64,000 nt of DNA from Candidatus Spongiisociaceae bacterium (GTDB lineage: Bacteria; Actinomycetota; Acidimicrobiia; Spongiisociales; Spongiisociaceae). The notes under the pieces were generated by a model. The model was given only the letters and a program-made list of their open reading frames with translations. It searched no databases and had not been told where the DNA came from. The stretch is from the NCBI GenBank assembly GCA_965219685.1, contig CBDCOH010000002.1, positions 3,456,001 to 3,520,000 on the forward strand, written 5' to 3'. Shown piece after piece: positions 10,238-19,744 of this stretch; positions within the stretch are counted from its first letter, which is position 1; every line of letters begins with the position of its first letter. A program made the translations under genes and the position numbers.

Positions 10238-10570
10238 GTGTTCGCCAGCTTGAGCGGCTCGCGCGCCTTCGATCGTGTCCTACGAAGCGGGGTCCGGTGC
10301 CGCCGCGGGGGTATTACGGTAGTGGGGCTGGAACGGGGATCCGGCCCGGCCCGGGTGGGGCTGGTGGTCGGACGTCGGGTGGGCAAGGCCGTGGAACGGA
10401 ACCGAGTGAAACGCCGTCTCCGGGCCGGTTTGCGGGAGAGCGGTTTGGAGGATGGCATCGATTACGTCGTGATAGGTAGGGCGGCGGTCGCCGGTGTACC
10501 GTTTCGTACGTTGCGCGCGTGGCTGCGGGAGGCGGTCGCGGTGATCGGCTCGGGAAAGAAAGGCCAGTGA
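10238..10570 (+). CDS. rnpA: Ribonuclease P protein component
   Basis: RVGLVVGRRVGKAVERNRVKRRLR motif; start placed at GTG 10238 (approximate). Confidence 0.9.
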   Translation: MFASLSGSRAFDRVLRSGVRCRRGGITVVGLERGSGPARVGLVVGRRVGKAVERNRVKRRLRAGLRESGLEDGIDYVVIGRAAVAGVPFRTLRAWLREAVAVIGSGKKGQ

Positions 10571-10833
10571 TGGAAGTCCGATCATCAGCACGGATACCGA
10601 GCCCGCTGGCGCTCGTGGGGAGGTCGCTGATCGTGCTGTACCAGCACACGGTGGGTCCCATGATCCCGAGTTCGTGCCGCTTCGTGCCGTCGTGCTCACG
10701 CTACGCGCATGACGCGCTGGGGACACATGGGTTCTTCAAGGGCACGTGGCTCGCCACCAAGAGAATCGGCCGCTGCCACCCCTTCGCGGGTGGAGGTTTC
10801 GATCCGGTTCCCGAGCGTGAGGCCGGGTCGTGA
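10570..10833 (+). CDS. yidD: Membrane protein insertion efficiency factor YidD
   Basis: CRFVPSCSRY...RIGRCHPF..GGFDPVP. Confidence 0.93.
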   Translation: MEVRSSARIPSPLALVGRSLIVLYQHTVGPMIPSSCRFVPSCSRYAHDALGTHGFFKGTWLATKRIGRCHPFAGGGFDPVPEREAGS

Positions 10834-11669
10834 GCGAACTGTGGAACGGCCTCCAAGCTGGCTTGGGCGGCGTCCTTTCGTTCTTCTATGACCTTGTACC
10901 CAACTATGGTATAGCCATCATCCTGTTAACTATCGTAGTTAACTTATTAGTATTTCCGCTCACGTTGAAGCAGGTGCGCTCGACCCGTGCCATGCAGGAG
11001 CTGCAACCCGAGATGGAGCGTATCCGGCGCGAGCATCAGGGTGATCAGCAGGCGATGAACGAGAAGGTGATGGAGCTCTACAAGCAGAGGGGTGTGAGCC
11101 CGTTCGGCTGCTTTCTCCCCTTGCTGGTGCAGATGCCCATCTGGTTCGCGCTGTTCCGGGTTCTGAGAGAGCCCGCGAGTAGCCTGCCGTCCGGGTCGAC
11201 GTTGCTGGAGGCGGCGGGAGAGGGGACCCTGCGATTCTTGACGATGGACCTGGACTTGGCTCCGTCGGAGGTCGTAGGCACGGAGGGCCTGTTCTCGCTC
11301 ACCACCATTCCGTACCTCTTGCTGGTTGGGGTCGTTGTGGCGACCGGTTTCCTGCAGCAGAAGCTGCTCAGTCCCCCAGGCCAGGCTCAGAGCACGAACC
11401 CACAGGCCGAGACCGTTCAGCGGGTTACGAAGATCCTGCCGTTCGTGTTCGGTGCGATTTCCTATGTGTGGCCGTCCGGTCTGAACCTCTACTTCGCTAC
11501 CAGCAACTTGTTTCGCACTGCCCAGCAACTGCTCATATTCAAGATCGATGGCAGGCCGGGCACGACGAGCGGTGAGATAAGGCCGGCCCCGGAGCCGCCA
11601 GAAGACGGCAGCAAGCCGTCGAAACCCCAGGGCTCGCGGAAGAAGCGGCGCCGACGGAGGAGAAGGTAA
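10830..11669 (+). CDS. yidC: Membrane protein insertase YidC
   Basis: YGIAIILLT, MQELQPEM, GCFLPLLVQMPIW, PSGLNLY. Confidence 0.95.
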   Translation: MSELWNGLQAGLGGVLSFFYDLVPNYGIAIILLTIVVNLLVFPLTLKQVRSTRAMQELQPEMERIRREHQGDQQAMNEKVMELYKQRGVSPFGCFLPLLVQMPIWFALFRVLREPASSLPSGSTLLEAAGEGTLRFLTMDLDLAPSEVVGTEGLFSLTTIPYLLLVGVVVATGFLQQKLLSPPGQAQSTNPQAETVQRVTKILPFVFGAISYVWPSGLNLYFATSNLFRTAQQLLIFKIDGRPGTTSGEIRPAPEPPEDGSKPSKPQGSRKKRRRRRRR

Positions 11670-11674
11670 GAAAG

Positions 11675-12565
11675 ATGGTCGAGTGGGTCGAGGTAAAGGG
11701 CATATCGGTCGAGGTTGCGGTCAAGGCAGCGCTTGAAGAACTCGGGATAGAGGACGAGTCACGCGCCGAAGTGAAGGTGCTGCAGGAGCCGCAGCGCGGC
11801 TTCCTCGGCATCGGACGGCAGGACGCGATAGTGCGGGTGAAGCCGGGCCGGAAGCGGAAACGCTCGCGTAAGGGCTCGAAGTCCACGAAGAAGAAGCGCC
11901 CGTCCGGGCAATCGACTCCGAAGAAGAAGCACCCGCCCCAGAAGAAGTCCGGCGGTAAGGCGGCGCCGAAGGCTAAGAAACCTGCGGGCGGCCATGAACG
12001 GAGCAAGGCGCGTGGTGGCCGGCGATCAGGGCCCGGGCGCAAGGCAGGCGGTGATCGAGTTGCGGAAAGAGAGGTCAAAACCATGGTTGGCGATGAGCGG
12101 ACGGCACAGGTCGTAGGAGATGAGCAGGCCGCTGTGGTGAAGGACTTTCTCAGCGGGCTGCTGAACGAGTTCGGACTAGAAGGGCAAGTGGAGACGAGGT
12201 TCGATGGCCGGATCCTCCACGCCAACGTTATCGGCGACCAGACCGAAGCCCTCATAGGTCCCAAGGCATCCGTCATGCAGTCGGTGCACGAGTTGACGAA
12301 GACGGTGGTCCAGCGACGGACAGCTAGGAACTGCCGGTTGCGGCTCGATATCGCGGGCTACGGAGAGAGGCGGCGCCGGGCGCTGGCAATCTACGCTGGT
12401 CAACTAGCTGAACAGGTTCTTGGCGAAGGCGGGGAAATCATGCTGGAGCCCATGAACGCTGCTGATCGCAAGGTGGTCCACGACGCGGTCGCTGGAGTTG
12501 ACGGGGTCAGATCCTACTCGGAAGGGGTCGAGCCGCGCCGTTCGGTAGTCATCTCGCTGGAGTAG
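11675..12565 (+). CDS. jag: Jag/EloR (KhpB) RNA-binding protein
   Basis: Jag_N (VLQEPQRGFLGIG), KH domain, R3H (LEPMNAADRKVVH). Confidence 0.9.
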   Translation: MVEWVEVKGISVEVAVKAALEELGIEDESRAEVKVLQEPQRGFLGIGRQDAIVRVKPGRKRKRSRKGSKSTKKKRPSGQSTPKKKHPPQKKSGGKAAPKAKKPAGGHERSKARGGRRSGPGRKAGGDRVAEREVKTMVGDERTAQVVGDEQAAVVKDFLSGLLNEFGLEGQVETRFDGRILHANVIGDQTEALIGPKASVMQSVHELTKTVVQRRTARNCRLRLDIAGYGERRRRALAIYAGQLAEQVLGEGGEIMLEPMNAADRKVVHDAVAGVDGVRSYSEGVEPRRSVVISLE

Positions 12566-12624
12566 CCAGCGCGAAGGCAGGGATCCGTCCGGCTGTGGGT
12601 GCTCTACACCTGCTCTAGAAGTTT

Positions 12625-12644
12625 GAGGTTTCACGTGAAACCTC
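12625..12644. promoter_or_regulatory. parS site
   Basis: GTTTCACGTGAAAC (12628-12641) inside the 20-bp perfect palindrome GAGGTTTCACGTGAAACCTC, just upstream of parA. Confidence 0.92.
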
Positions 12645-12668
12645 CGGGCAGTGGACGGGCCGGGTTCG

Positions 12669-12696
12669 TTGCACCTGGATCCCGCATCGGTATGAT
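12669..12696 (+). promoter_or_regulatory. Promoter for parAB
   Basis: TTGCAC-16 nt-TATGAT, ending 9 nt before ATG 12706. Confidence 0.55.
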
Positions 12697-12705
12697 GGCG
12701 ACAGT

Positions 12706-13512
12706 ATGGTCGCAGCGACGGAGCAGCTCGGTTCGGAGGACGCTCGGGTAGTTGCCGTCGCCAACCAGAAGGGCGGCGTAGGGAAGACCACATCAGCCAC
12801 GAACCTGGGCGCGGCTCTCGCTCTCCTAGGCGAGAAGGTATTGCTTGTCGACTTCGACCCCCAGGCAAACGCCAGCGCGGGCCTGGGTGTGCCCGTGTTC
12901 GAGGTCAAGAAGTCCATCTACGACGTGCTGGTCGGCGGCAAGGCCCTTCTGGATGTGGTGATTCCTACCGCTGTGGGAGGTCTGTCGATCGCTCCTGCGA
13001 ACATCGACCTGGCAGGCGCCGAGCTCGAGTTGGTGTCGATGCTCAGCAGGGAGATGCGACTAGCCAGCGGTCTCCGGCCTGCCCTGGGAGCCTTCGACTT
13101 CGTATTGATCGACTGCCCACCGAGCCTCGGCCTACTCACGGTCAACGCCCTGGCAGCGGCAGACGAGGTGCTGATCCCCGTTCAGTGCGAATACTATGCC
13201 CTTGAGGGTCTCGGTCAACTAATGCAGAACATCGACCGGGTTCGTAATAGCTTGAACCCACGGCTCCATATCGGTGGTGTGCTTCTGACGATGTTCGATG
13301 GCCGGACGCGGCTGTCGAGCGACGTGGCAACACAGATCAGGGAGTACTTCGGGGATTCTGCGTACCGGACGGTGGTCCCCCGATCCGTGAGGCTGTCCGA
13401 AGCCCCCTCCTACGGCGAGCCCATCGAACTCTATGACGCTATGAGCGCGGGCGCTGTGGCTTACAGATACTTGGCAAGGGAATTCCGTCAACGGCATCAA
13501 CGGCAGGAGTGA
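12706..13512 (+). CDS. parA: ParA/Soj ATPase
   Basis: NQKGGVGKTT, DFDPQANAS, IDCPPSLG, QCEYYALEG. Confidence 0.96.
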   Translation: MVAATEQLGSEDARVVAVANQKGGVGKTTSATNLGAALALLGEKVLLVDFDPQANASAGLGVPVFEVKKSIYDVLVGGKALLDVVIPTAVGGLSIAPANIDLAGAELELVSMLSREMRLASGLRPALGAFDFVLIDCPPSLGLLTVNALAAADEVLIPVQCEYYALEGLGQLMQNIDRVRNSLNPRLHIGGVLLTMFDGRTRLSSDVATQIREYFGDSAYRTVVPRSVRLSEAPSYGEPIELYDAMSAGAVAYRYLAREFRQRHQRQE

Positions 13513-13515
13513 ACC

Positions 13516-14364
13516 ATGGCAGCTCGACGTTCCGGACTGGGCAAAGGCCTGGAGGCCCTGATTCCGCTGAGCAGGGTGGGCAATCTCCAGAGTATCTCTG
13601 TGGCGCGGGTTCGCCCTAACCCGAACCAGCCTAGGAAGTCCTTCGATCCCACCGCGATGGAGGCCCTCACCGCATCCATCCGTACGGTCGGGCTCCTGCA
13701 ACCGGTAGTCGTCCGGCCCGAGGGGCTCGACTACGTGCTGATTGCCGGCGAGAGAAGGTGGCGGGCTGCTCAGGGAGCCGGGCTCGAGGAGATCCCGGCC
13801 TTGATCCGGCAAACCGACGAACTGGGTTCCCTCACCGAAGCGCTGATAGAGAACCTCCAGCGGGAGGACCTGACTCCGCTGGAGGAGGCAGCCGCGTTCC
13901 AGCAACTGGAAGAAGACTTCGGGATGACCCATGCGGAGATCGGAGAGCGGGTGGGGCGTAGCAGGTCGGCGGTTTCCAACACGCTACGGCTGTTGAACCT
14001 GAGCGCTCCCATACAGGAGGCCCTAGAGGCGGGCGACCTGTCGGCGGGCCACGCGCGTGCACTGCTGGGAGTCGAGGATACAGCCCTGGCGGAGCATCTG
14101 GCCGAGCGAACCGTGGCCGAGGGATGGTCTGTACGTCGCCTCGAGGAGGCTGTACGGGCGGGGAGGCCCGCGGAGGACAAGGAGTCGCCGGGAAGAGAAG
14201 TCCCGCCGCGTCCCGCTGCGATCATCGAACTGGAACACCGCTTGGCCGAGCAACTGGGCACGAAGGTCCGTATCAACTACCGGAACAACAAGGGTCAGGT
14301 CGTCCTGGGGTTTGCCGGACTCGACCAACTGGAGCAGATCTACCGGAGGTTTTTCACTTCCTGA
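13516..14364 (+). CDS. parB: ParB/Spo0J partition protein
   Basis: GLGKGL, NPNQPRK, IAGERRWRA, ENLQREDL, HTH. Confidence 0.96.
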   Translation: MAARRSGLGKGLEALIPLSRVGNLQSISVARVRPNPNQPRKSFDPTAMEALTASIRTVGLLQPVVVRPEGLDYVLIAGERRWRAAQGAGLEEIPALIRQTDELGSLTEALIENLQREDLTPLEEAAAFQQLEEDFGMTHAEIGERVGRSRSAVSNTLRLLNLSAPIQEALEAGDLSAGHARALLGVEDTALAEHLAERTVAEGWSVRRLEEAVRAGRPAEDKESPGREVPPRPAAIIELEHRLAEQLGTKVRINYRNNKGQVVLGFAGLDQLEQIYRRFFTS

Positions 14365-14438
14365 CGCCGCCGGTACGGGAACGGAAACCGCCCGGTAGAG
14401 CGGTGACGACCGATCACCAACTACCGACTAGAAACCAG

Positions 14439-14762
14439 TCAGTTGATCCACTCGGTCAGTTGGGCGAGGAGGGCCGCCTTGGGCCGGGCTCCGACGATCC
14501 GCTTCTTCTCGACCCCGTCCTGGAACACCACCATGGTGGGGATGCTCATCACGTCGTACGAGAACGGAGTCTGCTGGTTCTCGTCGATGTTCAGCTTGGC
14601 AACGGTGATCTTGTCGGCGTGCTCGTCCGCGATCTCGGCGAGCACGGGCGCCACCAGCCGGCAGGGCCCGCACCACTCGGCCCAGAAGTCGACAAGTACC
14701 GGCTTGCTACCGGCGACTGCCTGGGCGAAGGTGGCATCGGTGAGGGTCAATAGATCTGCCAT
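14439..14762 (-). CDS. trxA: Thioredoxin
   Basis: WAEWCGPC. Confidence 0.96.
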   Translation of the reverse strand: MADLLTLTDATFAQAVAGSKPVLVDFWAEWCGPCRLVAPVLAEIADEHADKITVAKLNIDENQQTPFSYDVMSIPTMVVFQDGVEKKRIVGARPKAALLAQLTEWIN

Positions 14763-14866
14763 TGTTCGATTCCTTCCTGGCTTATAGATAGTTACGTTGG
14801 TGAATACACGGTTCCGGAGTCGCGATCAGCATCCGGCTTGGGGACCTACCCCGTGGCGGGGCCACC

Positions 14867-15808
14867 TCATCCGCCGGTGGGCGCGCCGGCGTGCTGCGAC
14901 TCCAGCCACCGTTCGGCATCGATCGCGGCTGCGCAGCCGGTACCGGCCGCAGTTACGGCCTGACGGTACACGGTGTCGGCTACGTCGCCTGAAGCGAAGA
15001 CCCCCTCGACGCTGGTCCTCGTGCCGGGCCCTGGCACGAGGACGTATCCCTGGGCGTCGAGGTCGAGTTGGCCCTTGAAGAGGCCCGTGTTGGGATCGTG
15101 ACCTATGGCGATGAACACGCCGTCGGTCGGGTGCTCCCGCGTACGGCCGGTCGGTACATCTCGGAGTACGACCCCGGTGACGCTGTCGCGGCCCAGGATC
15201 TCCTCGACCGTCGTATCCCACAGAACGTCGATCTTGTCGTTGGCGAGAGCGCGGTTCGCCATGATCCGCGAGGCGCGGAACTGGTCACGGCGGTGGACGA
15301 TCGTGACCCGTGAGGCGAACTTGGTGAGGAAGAGCGACTCCTCCATGGCCGAGTCCCCGCCGCCCACCACGAGGATGTCCTTGCCGCGGAAGAAGAACCC
15401 GTCGCAGGTCGCGCAGGCCGAGACGCCGCGACCGACGAGCCGTTCCTCGCCCGGGATGCCGAGAAAGCGGGCAGTGGCACCCGTGGCGATGATGACGGAC
15501 CGGGCCCGGTGGCGCTCGTCCCCGACGTACACCTCGAAGGGGCGGCGGGAAAGGTCGACCGATGTCACGTCGGTGGCCACGAGGCGGGCGCCGAACCGGG
15601 CAGCCTGCTTGCGGAACAGATCCATGAGCTCGGGACCCATTATCCCGTCCGGGAATCCGGGATAGTTCTCGACGTCTGTGGTGATCATCAACTGGCCACC
15701 CGCTTGGATTCCCTCGAACACCAAAGGCCGGAGGTCGGCCCGCGCCGCGTAGAGCGCCGCGGTCAGGCCGGCCGGACCTGACCCGATGATTATTACGTTC
15801 TCAGGCAC
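14867..15808 (-). CDS. trxB: Thioredoxin reductase
   Basis: [30 protein letters not shown]. Confidence 0.97.
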   Translation of the reverse strand: MPENVIIIGSGPAGLTAALYAARADLRPLVFEGIQAGGQLMITTDVENYPGFPDGIMGPELMDLFRKQAARFGARLVATDVTSVDLSRRPFEVYVGDERHRARSVIIATGATARFLGIPGEERLVGRGVSACATCDGFFFRGKDILVVGGGDSAMEESLFLTKFASRVTIVHRRDQFRASRIMANRALANDKIDVLWDTTVEEILGRDSVTGVVLRDVPTGRTREHPTDGVFIAIGHDPNTGLFKGQLDLDAQGYVLVPGPGTRTSVEGVFASGDVADTVYRQAVTAAGTGCAAAIDAERWLESQHAGAPTGG

Positions 15809-16094
15809 TCGACTCCTCTGATGCCGGGGTACGTCTCCTCCAGGTCAACCATCCGGCCGCCAGAAAAAGTCCACCGAGTATCGCGTAGGCCGCCGTCGTG
15901 CCCACGCCCACGGCCAAGAGCCTGAAGATGCCCACGCAAGCAAGCACCAGGGCCGCCACAACCAGCAGCACGACCCCCATCCCGAGGGCCGTGAAGGTGA
16001 TCGCGGTGGCCAACCGCTCCACGGTGAGCGCCCGAACCCTGCGGGCGATCCCTTCGACGAGGTCGGCAAAGCGAGCGGAATAGCTCTGGTCCAC
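15801..16094 (-). CDS. Small two-TM membrane protein
   Basis: Hydrophobic segments, overlaps the trxB start; TATTCT 6 nt upstream suggests a leaderless transcript. Confidence 0.65.
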   Translation of the reverse strand: MDQSYSARFADLVEGIARRVRALTVERLATAITFTALGMGVVLLVVAALVLACVGIFRLLAVGVGTTAAYAILGGLFLAAGWLTWRRRTPASEESSA

Positions 16095-16136
16095 GGCTTC
16101 AGAATAGCTGGCGAGGGGAGTACCGCCGGGCCCGGA

Positions 16137-17195
16137 TCACCCGGTCCGGAAGTCGACGGGGCGGCACTCCGGATAGACGAACAGGAGGATTGCAGCACCC
16201 TCCCCGTCGTCGCCTTCCGGTGAGCGCGTGGGGCCGGGTTCGATGCGGTAGGCCTCCCCCTCCTCCCCGTCTACGAGCCCGTAGCCGAAGAAGGACACAC
16301 TGTCGTCCGCACGGGCCGCTTCGGCCACGTATTCCCAGCACACCAGTCCCCCCGTGGCGGCCCTATCGGCGAACTGGGCCACCGGGATAGCCGGTTCCCC
16401 GCCCTCGGCGATGACCGCATCCGTGAACAGGAGAGCGTCGTCCCTCCGGTCGGTCGAGAACGCGAAGGCGAGGTCGGGCCGGCTCTCAGCCGCTAAGGGC
16501 TCCGTTGTGTCCGCCACGCCGGCGTGGTCCGTCTCCCGGGTCGCGACCGCCGCGGTCGTAGGCGGTGCGTGGTCGGCTGCCGCTTCTTCGGCAAAGGCCT
16601 CAGCTTCCTCCATTGCAGCCTCTGCCTCGTCAACGGCAACCGCGGCAACGGCGGCCGCGGCCACTTCGGCCTGCGCTTCCTCAAGCATCGGTTCCTCTGC
16701 CATGGCGGTCGTCGTGGTCGCTTCGACAACGGCGAGGGTGCCGGCGGCTGCCGTGGTGGCCGGTGCGGCGGTGGGCGCCGGGGCCTCAGAGGCTGCCGCT
16801 GCGGCCGTGGTCGCTGCCGCCTCGTCCTCGCTCAACCGGCCGTCGGTCAGGTTCACGGCGATGGCTACCACGGCGACCAGCGAAGCGGCCGCCGCCAGGG
16901 CGGGCAGCGCTCTGGCGAACCACCGCCGGGGCAGGCGTTGCGATCGGGCTGCATACATGTGGCCGGGATCCAGGCCGAGTTCCAGGCGTACGGCCGAGCG
17001 CAGGCGTCGGCTCTCCTCCGGACTCATCGCCGGCCGCCGGAGCTCGCCGAGCGCGGCGAGCGCGGCCCGCTGGGCCGCCAGTTCGGCGCGCGCCTCGGGA
17101 CCCAGTCGCGACTCGATCCGCGCGGCCTCCTCGTGCGGCAACTCCCCGCCCGCCAGGGCGATGATGAGTTCCATATCGGGGTGATGCTCAGTCAT
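16137..17195 (-). CDS. Anti-sigma-factor-like membrane protein with Ala/Thr/Glu-rich linker
   Basis: Directly follows the ECF sigma; N-terminal HPD.ELI..L.GGEL, single TM (LAAAASLVAVVAI). Start ATG 17195. Confidence 0.7.
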   Translation of the reverse strand: MTEHHPDMELIIALAGGELPHEEAARIESRLGPEARAELAAQRAALAALGELRRPAMSPEESRRLRSAVRLELGLDPGHMYAARSQRLPRRWFARALPALAAAASLVAVVAIAVNLTDGRLSEDEAAATTAAAAASEAPAPTAAPATTAAAGTLAVVEATTTTAMAEEPMLEEAQAEVAAAAVAAVAVDEAEAAMEEAEAFAEEAAADHAPPTTAAVATRETDHAGVADTTEPLAAESRPDLAFAFSTDRRDDALLFTDAVIAEGGEPAIPVAQFADRAATGGLVCWEYVAEAARADDSVSFFGYGLVDGEEGEAYRIEPGPTRSPEGDDGEGAAILLFVYPECRPVDFRTG

Positions 17196-17778
17196 GTCCG
17201 TCACCCTTCGGATAGTCGGGGGGGTCGAAAAGGTTCCCGAGCTTCGCGGCCAGCAGCTTGCGGCCCCTGAACACGCGGGACTTGACCGTCCCGAGCGGTA
17301 CGTCGAGGATCTCCGCCACCTGCTTGAGCGGCAGGCCCTCGACATCGCTTAGAACCACCGCCGCGCCGAACTCCTCGGGCAATTCAGCCAGGGCTTCCTC
17401 GATGGCAGGGCGAAGCTCGACGGCTTCGAGACTTCCGTTGACGGAGGTGTCGCGGGGGTCGTACCCCTCAGGTAGGCGGCCGGCGCGCCGGCGTTTCTTC
17501 TTCCGCAACTGGTCGTAGCATGTATTCACGGCGACGCGGTACAGCCAGGTGGAGAATGCCGCCCTGCCCTGGAAGCTGCCGGCCTTGCGAAGGACGGTTA
17601 TGAATGTCTCCTGGGTTGCGTCGAGTGCCTCCTCCCGATCCCGGAGGATCCTGAGGCAGACGGCGAAAACCCGACGCTCGTGTGCCTCCATGAGCAAGTC
17701 GAAGGCGTGCGCGTCGCCGGCCAGGTATCGGCCGATCAACAGATCGTCAGGACTACGGCCGGTGCGTCGAAGGTTCAA
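17188..17778 (-). CDS. ECF RNA polymerase sigma factor (SigM-like position)
   Basis: DATQETF, FSTWLYRVAVN, VAEILDVPLGTVKSRVFRGR; TTG start overlaps the upstream stop. Confidence 0.9.
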   Translation of the reverse strand: MNLRRTGRSPDDLLIGRYLAGDAHAFDLLMEAHERRVFAVCLRILRDREEALDATQETFITVLRKAGSFQGRAAFSTWLYRVAVNTCYDQLRKKKRRRAGRLPEGYDPRDTSVNGSLEAVELRPAIEEALAELPEEFGAAVVLSDVEGLPLKQVAEILDVPLGTVKSRVFRGRKLLAAKLGNLFDPPDYPKGDGHD

Positions 17779-19094
17779 TCGTGGAATTGTACTTCGGCGA
17801 CGCGCGTCAGGTAGCCATCGTCCTCCGCCGGCAGGTCGGTAAGCCACACGAGCCAGATGCCGTCGCTCCGGTCGGGGAGCGGGATGCTCACGGCCGTGCT
17901 CCCGGCCAGTTCCTCGGCCAGAACGTCCCACCCTTCGTCCTCGATGTCCAGCAGGGAGCCCGCCCACATGACTCGGAAGGTCGTGCCCACCGAGACGCCC
18001 AACAGTTCGACGGAGGACGGAGAGCCAGTCACTTCGAAGGCCAGGCCCACCCCCTCCTTGAGCAGCGGGAGGGGATCGAAGTAGCGCTCGGTCCGCCAGG
18101 TAGTGGCCGGATCGCCGTCAATCAGGCGACCGACGGTTCCCGAGTGTTCCTGGCCGTCGCCGAGAGGGTCGAACGCGGCGACGCTCCTGACCTCGACGGG
18201 CTCGGGTGGAGCGGGCGCCACGGCGAACTCGACCGTGGGCTCGGTGGTGCTGGTTGTGGTAGGGATCGGTCTGGTGACCGTCGGTCCGGGGATGGCCGGG
18301 GCCAGTACCCGGGATGTCGGGCTGACATCGAGCAGGCTTCCCCACCAGACCAGGCCGATCGCCGCGGCGGCGAGCAGGGCCGCCGGTGTCAGCCATCGCC
18401 AAGACCAGCGCGAGGCTCGTCTGAGCGGGGGTGAGTAGGGGGTCGACACTATCAACTCGGCGAGCCTCCGGGCGTCGATCCTTCCCTCCTGGGAGAGCCT
18501 CAGCGCTTCGTCGACGCTCGGAGGCAGGGCGTCGATCACCTGCGAGGGAGCCAGGATCCCGGCCGGCCGTCCGGTCAGGGCGGTCTCGAGGGCGGAGCCC
18601 AGAGCCCGGACATCCGCTTCGGCCGTGTCGGTGCGGCCGGGCCTTCCGAAGCCGGCGAGCTTGGCCGGGTGGGCCCCCGAGTAGAGGATGGCGCCGGGAT
18701 CGATGGCGCCGTGTATGACGTTCTCCTCGTGGAGCGCGGCGAGACCGTCGGCGAGACCGGCGGCATTCGACAGGAACTCCGCTATCGGCGGGATGCTCCC
18801 AGCGCTGATGCGGTTGGCGAGGGTTATGCCTCCGGTCCACTCGGTTGCCGCGTAAGCGGAACCATCCAACTCCGCGGCTGCGAAAACACCCGCCACATGG
18901 TTGTGGCTGACCCGCGAGGCCATCTGAACCGCCTCCAAGAAGGACCCCCTCCGCGAGGTCGGAGCTTCGGGACCTACCACCCGTATGAGGACCGGACGGT
19001 TGAGTTCCAGATCGGTGGCGAGCCACTCCTCGACATCCTCATCGCGGCCGAGACGTATCTCGCGCCGGTAGCGGGGCGGCAGAGGGGGCGGCAT
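17775..19094 (-). CDS. Ser/Thr pseudokinase with TM and extracellular domain (like the MurJ/MviN C-terminal module)
   Basis: Kinase fold with degenerate motifs (VLIR, IHGAID, LAGFG), one TM, then DGDPATTWRTERY. Confidence 0.75.
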   Translation of the reverse strand: MPPPLPPRYRREIRLGRDEDVEEWLATDLELNRPVLIRVVGPEAPTSRRGSFLEAVQMASRVSHNHVAGVFAAAELDGSAYAATEWTGGITLANRISAGSIPPIAEFLSNAAGLADGLAALHEENVIHGAIDPGAILYSGAHPAKLAGFGRPGRTDTAEADVRALGSALETALTGRPAGILAPSQVIDALPPSVDEALRLSQEGRIDARRLAELIVSTPYSPPLRRASRWSWRWLTPAALLAAAAIGLVWWGSLLDVSPTSRVLAPAIPGPTVTRPIPTTTSTTEPTVEFAVAPAPPEPVEVRSVAAFDPLGDGQEHSGTVGRLIDGDPATTWRTERYFDPLPLLKEGVGLAFEVTGSPSSVELLGVSVGTTFRVMWAGSLLDIEDEGWDVLAEELAGSTAVSIPLPDRSDGIWLVWLTDLPAEDDGYLTRVAEVQFHD

Positions 19095-19095
19095 A

Positions 19096-19130
19096 TGTCA
19101 GGTGCCGGGTGTCAGGTGCCGGGTGTCAGT
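19096..19130 (+). repeat. Alternating heptamers TGTCAGG/TGCCGGG, 5 units
   Basis: Read directly from the sequence. Confidence 0.85.
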
Positions 19131-19355
19131 GGGCGACCTAGCGGTGCTCTTGGGGTGCATGGGAGCCTTTTGGCTGTGGTCGGTAGTCGCTTAGGCCTGA
19201 TGGTACTTAGTCACTGACCGCCCGTCGCCCTCCGGTCGCCGGTGGCTGGTGAAAACATTGGGTGGGCACCCAGGGCGACAATCAGGGGTGGGGTCGCTAG
19301 TGGCAACCGACGACGGCGAAGGCCCGATCCACCCAAGCCCGCCCAACAGGCCGCC

Positions 19356-19383
19356 TCACCATTCACCATTCACCATTCACCAT
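19356..19383 (+). repeat. (TCACCAT)x4
   Basis: Read directly; overlaps the stop of the small ORF. Confidence 0.95.
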
Positions 19384-19541
19384 CTCATGGCCGCGACGAT
19401 GACAGCGGCGACGGCGATGCCTGTTCCGACGATCCACCGGGTCTGCTCGGCAAACCGTCGCTCTACCTCGGCAAACCGTCGCTCCATCTCGGCAAGCACC
19501 TGCGAGATCGCGGCGTCGAGGCGGTCCTGGGTGACGGCCAT
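19377..19541 (-). CDS. 54-aa coiled-coil protein with C-terminal TM (DUF1640/CCDC90-like tail), paralog 1
   Basis: Manual translation MAVTQDRLDAAISQVLAEMERRFAEVERRFAEQTRWIVGTGIAVAAVIVAAMRW; paralog at 31350-31520. Confidence 0.75.
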   Translation of the reverse strand: MAVTQDRLDAAISQVLAEMERRFAEVERRFAEQTRWIVGTGIAVAAVIVAAMRW

Positions 19542-19744
19542 TCAGTTACCCCACATCCGCCCGAGGCGCCACACCCCGGCGTTGTTGCTCGGTCGGTTCA
19601 CTTCACACCCCTTGGTTTGCTAACTCCTATTCTAGGCTATCTCCAACCGTTACATGCTAACTATTGCAACTGCTGATCCCGTCCGGACGCCGGCGGACAG
19701 TCCGAACCCAGCGGAGAAACCGGGAACTCCCAGGCGCTAGGCAC

